Below, one piece after another: positions 1-9,200 of a stretch of 39,481 nucleotides of DNA; position 1 is the first letter of the stretch; the number at the start of each line of letters is the position of its first letter. A program made the position numbers and the translations under genes. This DNA comes from a virus (Duplodnaviria; Caudoviricetes). The notes under the pieces were generated by a model, which saw nothing but the letters and a program-made list of their open reading frames with translations, had not been told where the DNA came from and ran no database searches. Location of the stretch: the IMG/VR virus record IMGVR_UViG_3300032277_000023, positions 1 to 39,481 of that record; one strand, written 5' to 3'.

Positions 1-58
1 GGGTGACCCCGCACAATTTTAGGGCTCCAAGACTTTTTCAGGGCCCCAGGACCATCCG

Positions 59-289
59 ATGCCCATTGACCCCTTCCAAAAACTACTCGACAGAATACCC
101 AAGCCAGACCACAACAGTGACGAATGGCGCACCGAAAACCCATGCTGTATCGCGTGTTGGGGGTTCAAGCCTCAGACGACCATGATCCTTTGCCCGAAAT
201 GTGGCAACAAAAGGTGTCCCAAAGCAACCGACCACAACAACCGGTGCACCGCATCGAACGAGCCGGGCCAAGACGGCTCCGCATACTAG
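59..289 (+). CDS. Small Cys-rich phage protein (putative Zn-binding)
   Basis: Contains MILCPKCGNKRCPKATDH...CTASNEPGQDGSAY, a motif I recognise as recurrent in small phage proteins; 76 aa. Confidence 0.75.
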   Translation: MPIDPFQKLLDRIPKPDHNSDEWRTENPCCIACWGFKPQTTMILCPKCGNKRCPKATDHNNRCTASNEPGQDGSAY

Positions 290-297
290 GACCACCG

Positions 298-423
298 ATG
301 CCGACCAAAATTCGCCGTAACGCGACCAAACGAACCCGCAAGGCCCTCCGGGCCGCACTAAAAGCGATGGGCCGAACGAAACGCCCCACCGTCAACCCCG
401 AAACCGAGGAAACGAACCAATGA
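298..423 (+). CDS. Small basic hypothetical protein (41 aa)
   Basis: ATG at 298 after AGGA; Arg/Lys-rich MPTKIRRNATKRTRK...; stop overlaps next start (ATGA). Confidence 0.5.
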   Translation: MPTKIRRNATKRTRKALRAALKAMGRTKRPTVNPETEETNQ

Positions 424-704
424 GCGACTCCCGAACCCGAGCCGAGGACCGCGCAGCCGAGGCCGAAGAAAACCAACGCCAGATGTTGCAAGCATCCGAC
501 CCCCCAACCCTGTTTAAGGCAACTAACATTGCCCAGGAGATGGGTAAGCGCCAGGCCGAGACCCCGGAGGTTCGCACCACCTGTGGACCGGTCGAAATCA
601 TCGGCAACCGCGTCAACATTGGCGGACTCCACATGACCCCAGCCGACGCCCGTCGCGTGTTCGATGCGCTCGGGGCCCTCATCGATGCCCAGGTGTTGCC
701 GTGA
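420..704 (+). CDS. Hypothetical protein
   Basis: GAGGA upstream; coupled to neighbours by ATGA/GTGA overlaps; 94 aa. Confidence 0.6.
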   Translation: MSDSRTRAEDRAAEAEENQRQMLQASDPPTLFKATNIAQEMGKRQAETPEVRTTCGPVEIIGNRVNIGGLHMTPADARRVFDALGALIDAQVLP

Positions 705-844
705 GCCCGGAAAAACTGAAACACCAGGCGGCCCACGTCGCCTATCTGAACCGCGAATTGTGTGCCCGTGGCGAGCGTCCGGTATGGGACGCGTCCCGCC
801 TTGCGTTGGCCGTGGCCATGGGGAGTTCCCATGGTAAGCGCTAG
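701..844 (+). CDS. Hypothetical protein (47 aa, not in ORF track)
   Basis: GTGA overlap with previous stop; reads MSPEKLKHQAAHVAYLNRELCARGERPVWDASRLALAVAMGSSHGKR. Confidence 0.45.
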   Translation: MSPEKLKHQAAHVAYLNRELCARGERPVWDASRLALAVAMGSSHGKR

Positions 845-1061
845 CCTCCGAACCTTGACACGGAATCCAGCGTTCCTGCGCAATTTCGCATCGTCCACCC
901 GCAAAACCGCCGACCTGTGGCACCAATGCGGAGCTCCATCGAGGCTAGCCGCCTTGTTGCGGGGTGTGGCCGACGAGACCGACGCATGGGCCCAATCCAT
1001 TGAAAAACAAGCGGAAAACAACGGGGCCGACGTGTTACCGTTCCGAAAAGAGACGCCATGA
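831..1061 (+). CDS. Hypothetical protein
   Basis: ATG at 831 preceded by GGGGAG; ends in ATGA overlap with next ORF. Confidence 0.5.
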   Translation: MVSASLRTLTRNPAFLRNFASSTRKTADLWHQCGAPSRLAALLRGVADETDAWAQSIEKQAENNGADVLPFRKETP

Positions 1062-1228
1062 TCAACCCAAACATCCCGAAATATCAGGCACGTTTGTGCT
1101 ACGTGTATGCGGCCGAGCGTCTGAGGCGCCTTGGGCCACTAAGCGCCAGATTCCCGGCCATGCTGAAAGAGTATGCAGCGTGGGACCTCCGGCGCATCGA
1201 AGCCGGGTTCCAGAACTGGGGCCCATGA
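1058..1228 (+). CDS. Hypothetical protein (56 aa, not in ORF track)
   Basis: ATGA overlap; MINPNIPKYQARLCYVYAAERLRRLG...FQNWGP fills the gap up to the late promoter. Confidence 0.5.
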   Translation: MINPNIPKYQARLCYVYAAERLRRLGPLSARFPAMLKEYAAWDLRRIEAGFQNWGP

Positions 1229-1272
1229 GCCCGACCCACCGACCCCAACCAGCCCCGGCACGATGGCCGGGG

Positions 1273-1301
1273 TTTATTTTTGGCCAGATATGTGGTAAAA
1301 T
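1273..1301 (+). promoter_or_regulatory. Putative late promoter upstream of the packaging genes
   Basis: TTTATT-N17-TAAAAT with extended -10; TGTGGTAAAAT (1291-1301) is identical to 5093-5103. Confidence 0.6.
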
Positions 1302-1331
1302 CACCCCAAATCCCCACAATTCGAGGTCCAC

Positions 1332-1544
1332 ATGCCCCAAGATCCAACCCCATTGGCTGAATTCCGCGTTGCCATCGGCGACGCCGACCAAAACGGCCAA
1401 GCCGACATCGACGCCGTGTTTCTTTTTAAGGGTATGCCCGTCTTCGATCCCGACCCAATCAACGCCGACCCAATCCTCGTCATGCGAGCCCTCAGTTTTC
1501 TGGGTGGCTTCGTGTCGAAATTCCGCGGCCTCGTGGGGCTCTAG
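1332..1544 (+). CDS. Small hypothetical protein with DxDxNG Ca-binding-like loop
   Basis: GAGG RBS; GDADQNGQADID motif; hydrophobic/amphipathic C-terminus; 70 aa. Confidence 0.6.
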   Translation: MPQDPTPLAEFRVAIGDADQNGQADIDAVFLFKGMPVFDPDPINADPILVMRALSFLGGFVSKFRGLVGL

Positions 1545-1547
1545 GCC

Positions 1548-1832
1548 GTGGCCTGGGAAAAAGGGAAATCCGGCAACCCAAAAGGCCGACCCAAAGACCC
1601 CGAACGCGCCAAATTGCGCGAATTGGCACGGACCCACACGGAATCGGCGATCGCAACCCTCGTCGAGGCCATGAACGACACCAGCGCCAAGTGGGTTTCG
1701 CGCCTAAAAGCCGCGGAAATCCTTTTGGACCGTGGCTGGGGCAAAGCAACCCCAATTGTCGAGGAAAAAGGCGACGAAACCGAAAAGGTTACGGTTCTTA
1801 TCGACGTGGCGCCGCCGTCCGAGGACCCCTGA
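1548..1832 (+). CDS. terS: Terminase small subunit
   Basis: N-terminal WEKGKSGNPKGRPK (DUF5681-type motif) and AAEILLDRGWGK; directly upstream of and overlapping TerL. Confidence 0.8.
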   Translation: MAWEKGKSGNPKGRPKDPERAKLRELARTHTESAIATLVEAMNDTSAKWVSRLKAAEILLDRGWGKATPIVEEKGDETEKVTVLIDVAPPSEDP

Positions 1833-3091
1833 TGCAGTTGTTCCCAGCCCAACGGATGCTATTGGCCGCCACCGAGCGGCTAGTGGCGTTTGTGGCTGGG
1901 TACGGCTCCGGAAAAACGTTCTCGGCCCTGATCAAACTGGCCCAATTGGCCGGCAAGAACGCGGGTGTGGAAGGAGCTTACGTGGCCCCGACATACCCGA
2001 TGGCCGAGGACTTGGGATTCCGCGCGTTCCTGGCCCTGTGTGACGAGCTCGGGATTCGCCACAAGGAGAACAAAGCGAAGCTAAAAGTCTGGGTCTATAT
2101 GGGAGAGGACCCAACCTGGACCCTGATCCACTTCCTTAGCGGCGACAAGCCCGACTCGCTCAAGGGCCTAAACCTAGGCTGGGCTCTCGTCGATGAAGCC
2201 GGCATGTGCGACGTGGAGGTGTGGAAGCAGCTGCTAGCCCGTGTCCGCGTCCCTTGCCCCCTGAGTCAGCTAATCGTGATCGGGACCCCAGAAGGTGGGC
2301 CGGGCTCCTGGTTCGGCCAAGTCGCCGAATTCGGCCCCGAGGGCGAAAAAGCCCAGCGTCTTATCCGTGCACGAACCGCGGACAACACCACGTTGCCCCC
2401 GGAATATCTCGCTAACATGAAATCCCGCTACACCGAGGAGGAATTCCTAGGCTATTGCGAGGGCTATTTCGTGGCGGCCGGTGGCCAGATCTACCGATTC
2501 GATGCAAAACGCCACGTCCGACCATGGCACGCGGCCGACCGGACCGGGGACATCCAAATTTTCGCCGACTTCAACGTGCAAAAGGTGGTCTGGCTCCTGG
2601 CCCACGTGCACAACGGTGTAGCCCACGTTTTTGACGAGGTCGTTAGCCAGAACAAATACACCGACGAACAAGCCGCGTCCACCAAGGAACGCCTGTGGCA
2701 ATGGGGATTCGACCCCACCGGCCTCCCGATGTTCCACGACTCCAACACGTCGAAAAAGTCGGCATCCGCGCGACGTGACGAGGTCTCGAGCTCCGACGTT
2801 ATCGAGGTCAAAAAAGCGGGATTCCGCTCCAAAGCCCAACGCCAAAACCCCCCCGTCCGCGATCGCATATCGTCCGTCAACGCAATGCTGAAGGCCGGGA
2901 CCCTATTCGTAGACCCCCGATGCAAAGAACTCATCGCCTCCCTGTCAACCCAGGGCCGCGACTCCAAGGGCCAACCCGACAAATCAACCGGGCTCGACCA
3001 CGCCGTGGACGCCCTAGGCTACGGGATCCACTACCAGTGGCCCACCCGTCACCGTACCGACCCAGACGCGGTCAAAAACTACCTGAACTAG
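1832..3091 (+). CDS. terL: Terminase large subunit
   Basis: ATG at 1832 (TGATG overlap); Walker A AGYGSGKT, Walker B ALVDEAG, motif III GTP, nuclease FADFN and DHAVDALGY; 419 aa. Confidence 0.95.
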   Translation: MQLFPAQRMLLAATERLVAFVAGYGSGKTFSALIKLAQLAGKNAGVEGAYVAPTYPMAEDLGFRAFLALCDELGIRHKENKAKLKVWVYMGEDPTWTLIHFLSGDKPDSLKGLNLGWALVDEAGMCDVEVWKQLLARVRVPCPLSQLIVIGTPEGGPGSWFGQVAEFGPEGEKAQRLIRARTADNTTLPPEYLANMKSRYTEEEFLGYCEGYFVAAGGQIYRFDAKRHVRPWHAADRTGDIQIFADFNVQKVVWLLAHVHNGVAHVFDEVVSQNKYTDEQAASTKERLWQWGFDPTGLPMFHDSNTSKKSASARRDEVSSSDVIEVKKAGFRSKAQRQNPPVRDRISSVNAMLKAGTLFVDPRCKELIASLSTQGRDSKGQPDKSTGLDHAVDALGYGIHYQWPTRHRTDPDAVKNYLN

Positions 3092-3100
3092 GACCCCTCT

Positions 3101-4567
3101 ATGCTGTTTCAAGAAATCACCGATCGCATCTTGCGGGCCCTCCGTTCGGGGGCCGCGGGAAACGCATCCTCCATCGTCGAGGACGTCAAAGCCGCCTCTC
3201 GTCGTCCCCGCGAAATCACGGACCTTCCACGCGACTATTTCGAGGGCCGCCACCTGGGCCATTTCAAGGCGTTCCTGGGCACCCACTATAAAAGAGCCAT
3301 GCGCAAAAACGAGATCCTGCCGGTTGCCCCAGCCCTGGTGCGCACGTGGTGCGAAACCGAATCCGACATCTATCGGAACGGCCAACCACACCGAAAGGCC
3401 CAAAACGACGCCGCAACGGCCCGCATCGAAGCACTATGCCGGCAAGCCGAAACGGAATCCGCGTTGCCAGAAGCCGAGGTCCGCGCCGTAGCCGGGCGCC
3501 AGATGTTTTTGCGCGTCGGACGCAACCCGTTGACCGACCGAGTTGAAATCACCCGCCACTGGCCGGATGCGGTTTGGGTCGTAGCAAATGGCGCGGCCCC
3601 CACGTCCCTGGAACACGCCCACGCGGTGATGATTCAGCGGGGCCCCGAGCTCTATGAAATTTGGCGCAAAGTCCCTGGGGGCTGGTCCGCGGAACAAATC
3701 GACCACAACGCCGACAACCCGACCATCAAGCCCGTTTTTGAGGCGGATGCGGTCTACGCGGGGCGGTTGCCTATCGTTGCCCTCCGCACGGGGCTTCTCG
3801 AGGGCTCGCCCTACCTATGCGACAATGCGGACATGATTGACGTTGCCAACGTGCATATGTTGCTGTGGACCGAGGCCACCCACGTAGCCCGCCACCAGGC
3901 CCATAACCCCATCATCTACAGCGGGAATGACGACGACATCACCCCGGAAGCCGGGCCAGGCGGCATCACCCGCATTTCAGGCAACGCCACCATGACCGCG
4001 TTGCAGGTGAACCCGCAAATTGACCAGCTACGCGAACTAACGAACGATTTCGGCGGAGCCATCGCCCGGAGCCGCGGCCAGTCCCCCCGTGCTAACTCGG
4101 TGAATCCACCACCATTGAACTCGGGTGTCGCGTTGCGCGTCGACAACCAAATTGCAGAAGAAAAACGCCCCCAACGCGTGTCCCTGTTTCGCCGTTTCGA
4201 GCGCTTGGAGCTCTTGCCCGTGTTGGACGAGGTGGAGCGATTGCAGGCCCCCCAGGACCCAACCAACCGCATCCCAGCGGCGGATATCGATTGGGACGCG
4301 GTCCGGGTCACGTTCCCACGCGCGCCGACAATCGAGGACCCAGCCCAGCGGAACCTGCGCCTGGAACACGCCCAGACCACCGGATGGATTTCACCGGCCC
4401 GCGCGGCAACCGAGGCAGGCTATTACGAAAACATCGAAGAAGCCGTAGACGCGGGACTCAGCAACACCGCGCAGCCGTCGGAATCCGTGACCACCGACCT
4501 CGGGACGTCCGGCGAACGCGGCCCCGCGCCTAGCATTACGCAAAACGGAAACCGCAACAATGACTAG
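3101..4567 (+). CDS. Portal protein
   Basis: 488 aa directly after TerL; SGVALR motif typical of SPP1-like portals. Confidence 0.8.
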   Translation: MLFQEITDRILRALRSGAAGNASSIVEDVKAASRRPREITDLPRDYFEGRHLGHFKAFLGTHYKRAMRKNEILPVAPALVRTWCETESDIYRNGQPHRKAQNDAATARIEALCRQAETESALPEAEVRAVAGRQMFLRVGRNPLTDRVEITRHWPDAVWVVANGAAPTSLEHAHAVMIQRGPELYEIWRKVPGGWSAEQIDHNADNPTIKPVFEADAVYAGRLPIVALRTGLLEGSPYLCDNADMIDVANVHMLLWTEATHVARHQAHNPIIYSGNDDDITPEAGPGGITRISGNATMTALQVNPQIDQLRELTNDFGGAIARSRGQSPRANSVNPPPLNSGVALRVDNQIAEEKRPQRVSLFRRFERLELLPVLDEVERLQAPQDPTNRIPAADIDWDAVRVTFPRAPTIEDPAQRNLRLEHAQTTGWISPARAATEAGYYENIEEAVDAGLSNTAQPSESVTTDLGTSGERGPAPSITQNGNRNND

Positions 4568-5078
4568 GCGTCCCAGCCAATTCGCGAGCCCGAATTTTTC
4601 GGTCAAGGTGAACCGGTGGCCCATCCTCGACGGCCGCCGAGTCACCAAGGCGTTTGGTAAAGAGGCGGTCAAACTCATCAAGGCCCGGCTCAAACGAGGA
4701 AAACAGGCCGACGGGACCCCGTTGCCGCCGTATTCCGACCAATACGAGGCAGAATTGCGCCGCTCGGGGGCCTCAACCAAACGGGACCTGAGCCTATCGG
4801 GGTCCCTCGTCGACTCTATCCGCGTCCTGAAATCGGGCCGCAATTCGGCCACCGTCGGATGGAACAACCGAACCCGATCAAAAAACGTTATCCGCGCCGA
4901 TGGTGGACTGTTGACCGGACGGGGTCCGGGCCAAAAGCACCGCGACATCGTCAAGCGTTTGGCCAAGGGCACCCGCAACACGGACCCGCGCGAAATTCTA
5001 GGACTCACCAAGGCCGACCGTAAACGGCTTGCCAAGTGGCTAAAGGCCCGGCGTGCATGGATTCTCCGCGTCCGTTGA
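4560..5078 (+). CDS. Virion morphogenesis protein (Mu gpG / tail completion-like)
   Basis: Basic 172 aa; GKQADGTPLPPYSDQY...DLSLSGSL..SI and PREILGLT motifs; sits after portal. Confidence 0.65.
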   Translation: MTRRPSQFASPNFSVKVNRWPILDGRRVTKAFGKEAVKLIKARLKRGKQADGTPLPPYSDQYEAELRRSGASTKRDLSLSGSLVDSIRVLKSGRNSATVGWNNRTRSKNVIRADGGLLTGRGPGQKHRDIVKRLAKGTRNTDPREILGLTKADRKRLAKWLKARRAWILRVR

Positions 5079-5103
5079 TTTTTTCATTTGCCTGTGGTAA
5101 AAT
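5075..5103 (+). promoter_or_regulatory. Putative strong late promoter for scaffold/capsid genes
   Basis: TTGATT-N17-TAAAAT with TGn extension, in an AT-rich intergenic gap. Confidence 0.7.
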
Positions 5104-5182
5104 AACCGCGTCCCGGCCAGTGGGCTAGGGCAAAAACACCACACCACATACCACGCAAAAGCGCACTGTTTCAGGGGAAACG

Positions 5183-5788
5183 ATGAGCGACCAAACGACC
5201 ACCACCGAGGCCCCGGCGGCTTCGGCGGAATCAACCACGACGTCCGCACCAGACCAGGCACCCGACCCACGCGATCAGCGGATTGCAGAATTGGAAAGGG
5301 CAGCCAACGCCAACGCGGAACAAGCCAAGAAATACCGGCAAGCAAAGGCCGCCGAAAAAGAGGCCAAAGAAGCGGCCCTCGTCGAGAACGGCAACTTCAA
5401 AGCCCTGGCCGAATCGCTCCAAGCGGAACGGGATGCCCTGAAAAACCAATTGGGCGAACTGGGACCCCTTGCGGCCGAATTCAAAGCCGACAAGGAAGCC
5501 CGTAGCGCGGCCCTCGAGCAACGCATTTCGGGACTCAGCGACGACGACAAGGCCCTGATTCAAGGTGCCGGGAATCTCGCGAACCAGGAGGCCCTCGCCT
5601 CCCGTTTGATGGGCCTCAAGCCCACCGTGACGCCGAACGCGGACACCGAATCCGGCACTAAGCCCCCATCGGGGCCCCCCAAGTCGCTGGCCGACATGAC
5701 CGGCGCAGAAATCGCGGCCCATGCGCGCAAATCGCGCTCGGACGCACCAGCCACCACGTTCGGTGGACTGATCCCCCGCAAACAGTAG
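5183..5788 (+). CDS. Capsid scaffolding protein
   Basis: Low-complexity N-terminus, long Ala/Glu/Lys coiled coil, immediately before the major capsid gene. Confidence 0.75.
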   Translation: MSDQTTTTEAPAASAESTTTSAPDQAPDPRDQRIAELERAANANAEQAKKYRQAKAAEKEAKEAALVENGNFKALAESLQAERDALKNQLGELGPLAAEFKADKEARSAALEQRISGLSDDDKALIQGAGNLANQEALASRLMGLKPTVTPNADTESGTKPPSGPPKSLADMTGAEIAAHARKSRSDAPATTFGGLIPRKQ

Positions 5789-5828
5789 CGCCCCACACCT
5801 GGGGCCCCTTCACTAAGGAAAAATCCCC

Positions 5829-6800
5829 ATGGCAGTTACCTCCAGCTCAACCCAAAGCGACCTTTATTTTAGCGAAGTACTCGGCCGCGGCGCACTTGCA
5901 GCCGCCCAGCCACGTCCTATCGCAATGCAATTCGTCAACCAGTACAGCATCGCTGGCCGGCGCGCGGACAACCTGAAACTGAACCGATACACCGATATCG
6001 GCCCAGCAGGCACCGCTACCGAGGGCACCCCATACACAACCATCACGACCATGGGTGTGGAAACTCCGGTCACCCTTACCCCGACGGAAGCCGCGGTTTT
6101 GATGGCCGAGCTTACCGACGACGCCATTGAACTCGTGGGCGGATTCGAATCGGCCCGCGCCATCATCGAAGACGGCTCCCAAGATGACAAATTGGCCCTT
6201 CTGTTGCCTACCGCTGGCCGCCTGGCCCGTAGCGCCATCGAAAAAGCCGAAACCGACCTGGTGGCCGAATACGGCAACCTCACCACGTCCGTTGGCACAA
6301 CCACCGTGGACCTCGACCTCGGCGTGTTCGAAGAGGCGATTTACAACCTCGACATCGCGGAAGCGCACACCCAAGCCTACGTCGCCAACCTTCACGCTCG
6401 CCAGGTCTCGGACCTCCGTCGCGCGATGGCGGTTACCTCTGGCGGCCTCGCGGGCTCCGTGCACGTCGGTTCCAGCGTGGACCACCTTGCATCCCCCAAC
6501 GGATTCAAGTTTAACTTGCTCGGCGTCCCCGTCTTCCAATACGACAAGTCGGCCGAACTCACCGCTAACACCGGGGCTGACGTCGTCGGCGCTATGTTTA
6601 TCCGTGGCATCGGCAACCCCGAAGACCCGATGGGCGGTTCGGGCGAAGTCGGCGCGTTCGCCATGTGTGAAGCTCGTTCCATGCAGTTCGGCTTTGAGCC
6701 CGACCTCGAGGGACGCAGCATCAAGGTGATGGTGAATTGGAAATACGACACCGCGGTCCGCGATGCTGACTTCGGCGTGAAAATCGTCACCGACGCATAG
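5829..6800 (+). CDS. Major capsid protein (HK97 fold inferred)
   Basis: 323 aa, strong RBS (TAAGGA), follows scaffold, followed by terminator; ATEG and LLGVPVF segments typical of MCPs. Confidence 0.85.
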   Translation: MAVTSSSTQSDLYFSEVLGRGALAAAQPRPIAMQFVNQYSIAGRRADNLKLNRYTDIGPAGTATEGTPYTTITTMGVETPVTLTPTEAAVLMAELTDDAIELVGGFESARAIIEDGSQDDKLALLLPTAGRLARSAIEKAETDLVAEYGNLTTSVGTTTVDLDLGVFEEAIYNLDIAEAHTQAYVANLHARQVSDLRRAMAVTSGGLAGSVHVGSSVDHLASPNGFKFNLLGVPVFQYDKSAELTANTGADVVGAMFIRGIGNPEDPMGGSGEVGAFAMCEARSMQFGFEPDLEGRSIKVMVNWKYDTAVRDADFGVKIVTDA

Positions 6801-6815
6801 ACCTCATGAGACCCG

Positions 6816-6857
6816 GCCTCCGGCCCCTAAGTGTGGGGGGGCCGGGGGCTCTTTTTT
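6816..6857 (+). terminator. Rho-independent terminator after major capsid gene
   Basis: GCCTCCGGCCCC / GGGGCCGGGGGC 12-bp stem (one G-U) followed by TCTTTTTT. Confidence 0.8.
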
Positions 6858-6906
6858 AGACCACGCAACCCCACGCACCACGCACCACCATCAGGAGCCC
6901 GCACAC

Positions 6907-7509
6907 ATGGCACGCCCTCAAACCAAATCATTCTGCAGAATCGTCACCCTGAAATCCGTTATCGACGGGTTCACAATCGAACACAAAGACGAGGGTCATT
7001 CCCCGAAGACCCACAACCCAGGCATCGGCCGCCGTCGCATCATCCGAGCTCTTGACACCAAATCCAAACTGGACGGGCTCCCCGCATTCAAAGTCGTGGC
7101 CGTTGGCCCCGTTCCGAACCGCCTGGACTTCGACATCCCTGCGTCCAAAGTGCCCTCGTTCCCCGATTTCGGCGCCCACCTCATGTGGGGCCCCGAAGAC
7201 GACGACCGACGCGAGGCCCACGCCGACTATCGCAACAAAGTCAGCTCGGAAGCCCAGGCGGCCGGCATCGCCGAGGCACGACGCGAGGCCGACAAGCAAA
7301 CCAACGTTAGCGAAATGGCCGCAGCCGTGGCCGTTGCAATGAAGGCCGTTAAAGACGCCGAAAAAGCGGAAGCCGCCGAGGCCCAGGCCGCCGAGGACGT
7401 ATCCAAAGCCAAGGCCGACGCCAAAGGCACCGCGAACACCAAACCCAGCGCACGCAGGCCCAAGGCAGCACCCAAGCCAGAAGCCGCCGCACCGTCGGAG
7501 GAATCGTGA
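6907..7509 (+). CDS. Hypothetical head-associated protein with Ala/Lys/Pro-rich tail
   Basis: AGGAG RBS; 200 aa; position after MCP. Confidence 0.7.
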   Translation: MARPQTKSFCRIVTLKSVIDGFTIEHKDEGHSPKTHNPGIGRRRIIRALDTKSKLDGLPAFKVVAVGPVPNRLDFDIPASKVPSFPDFGAHLMWGPEDDDRREAHADYRNKVSSEAQAAGIAEARREADKQTNVSEMAAAVAVAMKAVKDAEKAEAAEAQAAEDVSKAKADAKGTANTKPSARRPKAAPKPEAAAPSEES

Positions 7510-7655
7510 GCGACTCCCGACCCAATGACCAGAAACACCGCGACGCCCGTGCCAAACTCGAGAAGCGCTACCGCGACTCCGGCATGAAACCGGAGGCTGC
7601 GCGCGAACGGGCCCGCAACACCCAAGACCGGGCCATCCGGAAAGGCAATTCATGA
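7506..7655 (+). CDS. Small basic hypothetical protein (49 aa, not in ORF track)
   Basis: GTGA and ATGA overlaps at both ends; GGAGG upstream; MSDSRPNDQKHRDARAKLEKRY...KGNS. Confidence 0.6.
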   Translation: MSDSRPNDQKHRDARAKLEKRYRDSGMKPEAARERARNTQDRAIRKGNS

Positions 7656-8026
7656 GCACCGCCAAGAAATCCAGTTTATTCGCCGTCGCTTTTCTGGTGT
7701 TGGCGATTGTGACTTCCCTTGCCGTCCCCCAAGCCGTTGCCCTGGCGGGACCCGTCACGCCGGACTCTTGCGCCGTTACCTGCGGGACCAGCGCAACCCC
7801 CATCGTGTGCGACGGTATCGCGGTCGGTGGGTTCAGTAGCGTCTATATCCAGAACCTTAGCACTACAACCGTTGCCATCGGCGACTCGGCCCTTAGCACC
7901 ACCACGGCCCCACTCATCTGTAATGATGCGGCGTGCGCCAACGTAGCTCAGTGGTCCGGCGACGCCCGCGGCCTGTATTGCCGGGGATCCTCGAGCCAAT
8001 CCATCCGCGTTATCGCGGGAAAGTAG
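7652..8026 (+). CDS. Signal-peptide-bearing small beta-sandwich protein
   Basis: KK + hydrophobic h-region + AVALA cleavage-like site; SVYIQN..TTVAIG motif; six Cys. Confidence 0.7.
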   Translation: MSTAKKSSLFAVAFLVLAIVTSLAVPQAVALAGPVTPDSCAVTCGTSATPIVCDGIAVGGFSSVYIQNLSTTTVAIGDSALSTTTAPLICNDAACANVAQWSGDARGLYCRGSSSQSIRVIAGK

Positions 8027-8031
8027 GCCCC

Positions 8032-8808
8032 ATGCTGCGTGGAATTCTAGCCGTTCTAGCGGCAGGTGCACTGGGCTCCGGTAGCCTAGGCAACGGCGCA
8101 ATGGGTGGCGGATCCCTCGGAGTACCTACCACGATGCAGTCGGCGACGACGGACTGCCTAGCCGGGGCCCTGTTGGACTACGACGCCTATGCCCTGTCAT
8201 CGGGGGCCCTGTCCGCATGGGCAAACGACGGCTCAGGGGGTAGCGGTTGGGATATGGCACAGGGCGTTGGGGCAAACCGACCGACGGTAACGGGGACCTG
8301 CGGCTCTGCCTCTGGCAACTGTGTGCATATGGTGGATGCGAGCGACTACATCACCCAGTCCGCCGCGTCTGCGGCATCATGGGACGAGACGTTTATATGC
8401 GCAGCCTTTGTAGACGATGCGACTGGGACAAATTACCTGATGTCATGGGATGACGTGACGTCGTCTAACTACATCGGTACAGATGAGACGTTCGGCTATT
8501 TCATGCGAGGCAATGCCGGGACAACTCTCCAATCTGGAGGTACCCAATCCTCGGGATGGCACACGGTGTGCTTGGACATGACAGCCCCAGCGACGGCAAC
8601 ACTATGGGTTGACGGGGTGGCAACGCTATCATCCGTCGACATTAGCCCCGCAACCGACCCGGTTAGAATGTCAATTGGCGCCATCGCGTCCTCGGGTACC
8701 ACGGACGCAACCGGCGTCAAATTTGGACGGGTCATGGCGTGGAACGGCTCCCATTGCACGGCATCGGAAATTCACGACGCGATCTTCGCTCAACGGGGAT
8801 TGCCTTAA
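8032..8808 (+). CDS. LamG/concanavalin-like domain protein with hydrophobic N-terminus
   Basis: ATG at 8032; YDA...AWANDGSGG..WDMAQ...RP, GWHTV and LWVDGV patterns typical of phage lectin-like domains; 258 aa. Confidence 0.65.
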   Translation: MLRGILAVLAAGALGSGSLGNGAMGGGSLGVPTTMQSATTDCLAGALLDYDAYALSSGALSAWANDGSGGSGWDMAQGVGANRPTVTGTCGSASGNCVHMVDASDYITQSAASAASWDETFICAAFVDDATGTNYLMSWDDVTSSNYIGTDETFGYFMRGNAGTTLQSGGTQSSGWHTVCLDMTAPATATLWVDGVATLSSVDISPATDPVRMSIGAIASSGTTDATGVKFGRVMAWNGSHCTASEIHDAIFAQRGLP

Positions 8809-8936
8809 CCAGTCCATAGCAATCCCGCCAACGTATCACGCGTCCACAGGATCTACCCAGTGAACGCCTATGATGATCTAGGGGACTCGGTGGCGTCGTT
8901 TCTTCTTTGGCTGGGACAGCAATAGGGGCAGCACTG

Positions 8937-9200
8937 ATGAAAGCCTGGCAACAAATCGCAATCGCCGTAGCCGGAACCGTGCTAGCGTCCATCCTAATTG
9001 GGGGCGTCACGTTCGCTAACGCCATGGACAACCGGACCCAGGCCCTCGAGGCGTCATCTAAGGCCCAGGGCGAAAAAATCCGAGACCAGCGGCTTAACAT
9101 CCGCGACATGCGCCAAGACCTACGCGCGATGCGGTCCATGTTGACGTTTTTGGCAGCCAAGGCAGGCTACGCACCAGCGGAAATGGGGTCCACCCAATGA
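8937..9200 (+). CDS. Single-TM coiled-coil protein, holin or i-spanin candidate
   Basis: N-terminal TM IAIAVAGTVLASILIGGVTF then coiled coil; coupled (ATGA) to endolysin. Confidence 0.55.
   Translation: MKAWQQIAIAVAGTVLASILIGGVTFANAMDNRTQALEASSKAQGEKIRDQRLNIRDMRQDLRAMRSMLTFLAAKAGYAPAEMGSTQ

Noticed and set aside
855-885. TTGACA at 855 as a promoter
   Set aside because: It lies inside an ORF and has no TAnnnT at 16-18 nt spacing.
1691-1831. Longer upstream starts from the ORF track (e.g. 1691 for TerL; also 7933, 18003, 21686, 29821, 35744)
   Set aside because: They overlap upstream genes or promoters. Downstream starts that are coupled or have an RBS fit better.
421-7520. Shared 14-mer TGAGCGACTCCCGA (MSDSR) at the starts of ORFs 420 and 7506
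   Set aside because: Only two copies, and similarity does not extend further; could be chance.
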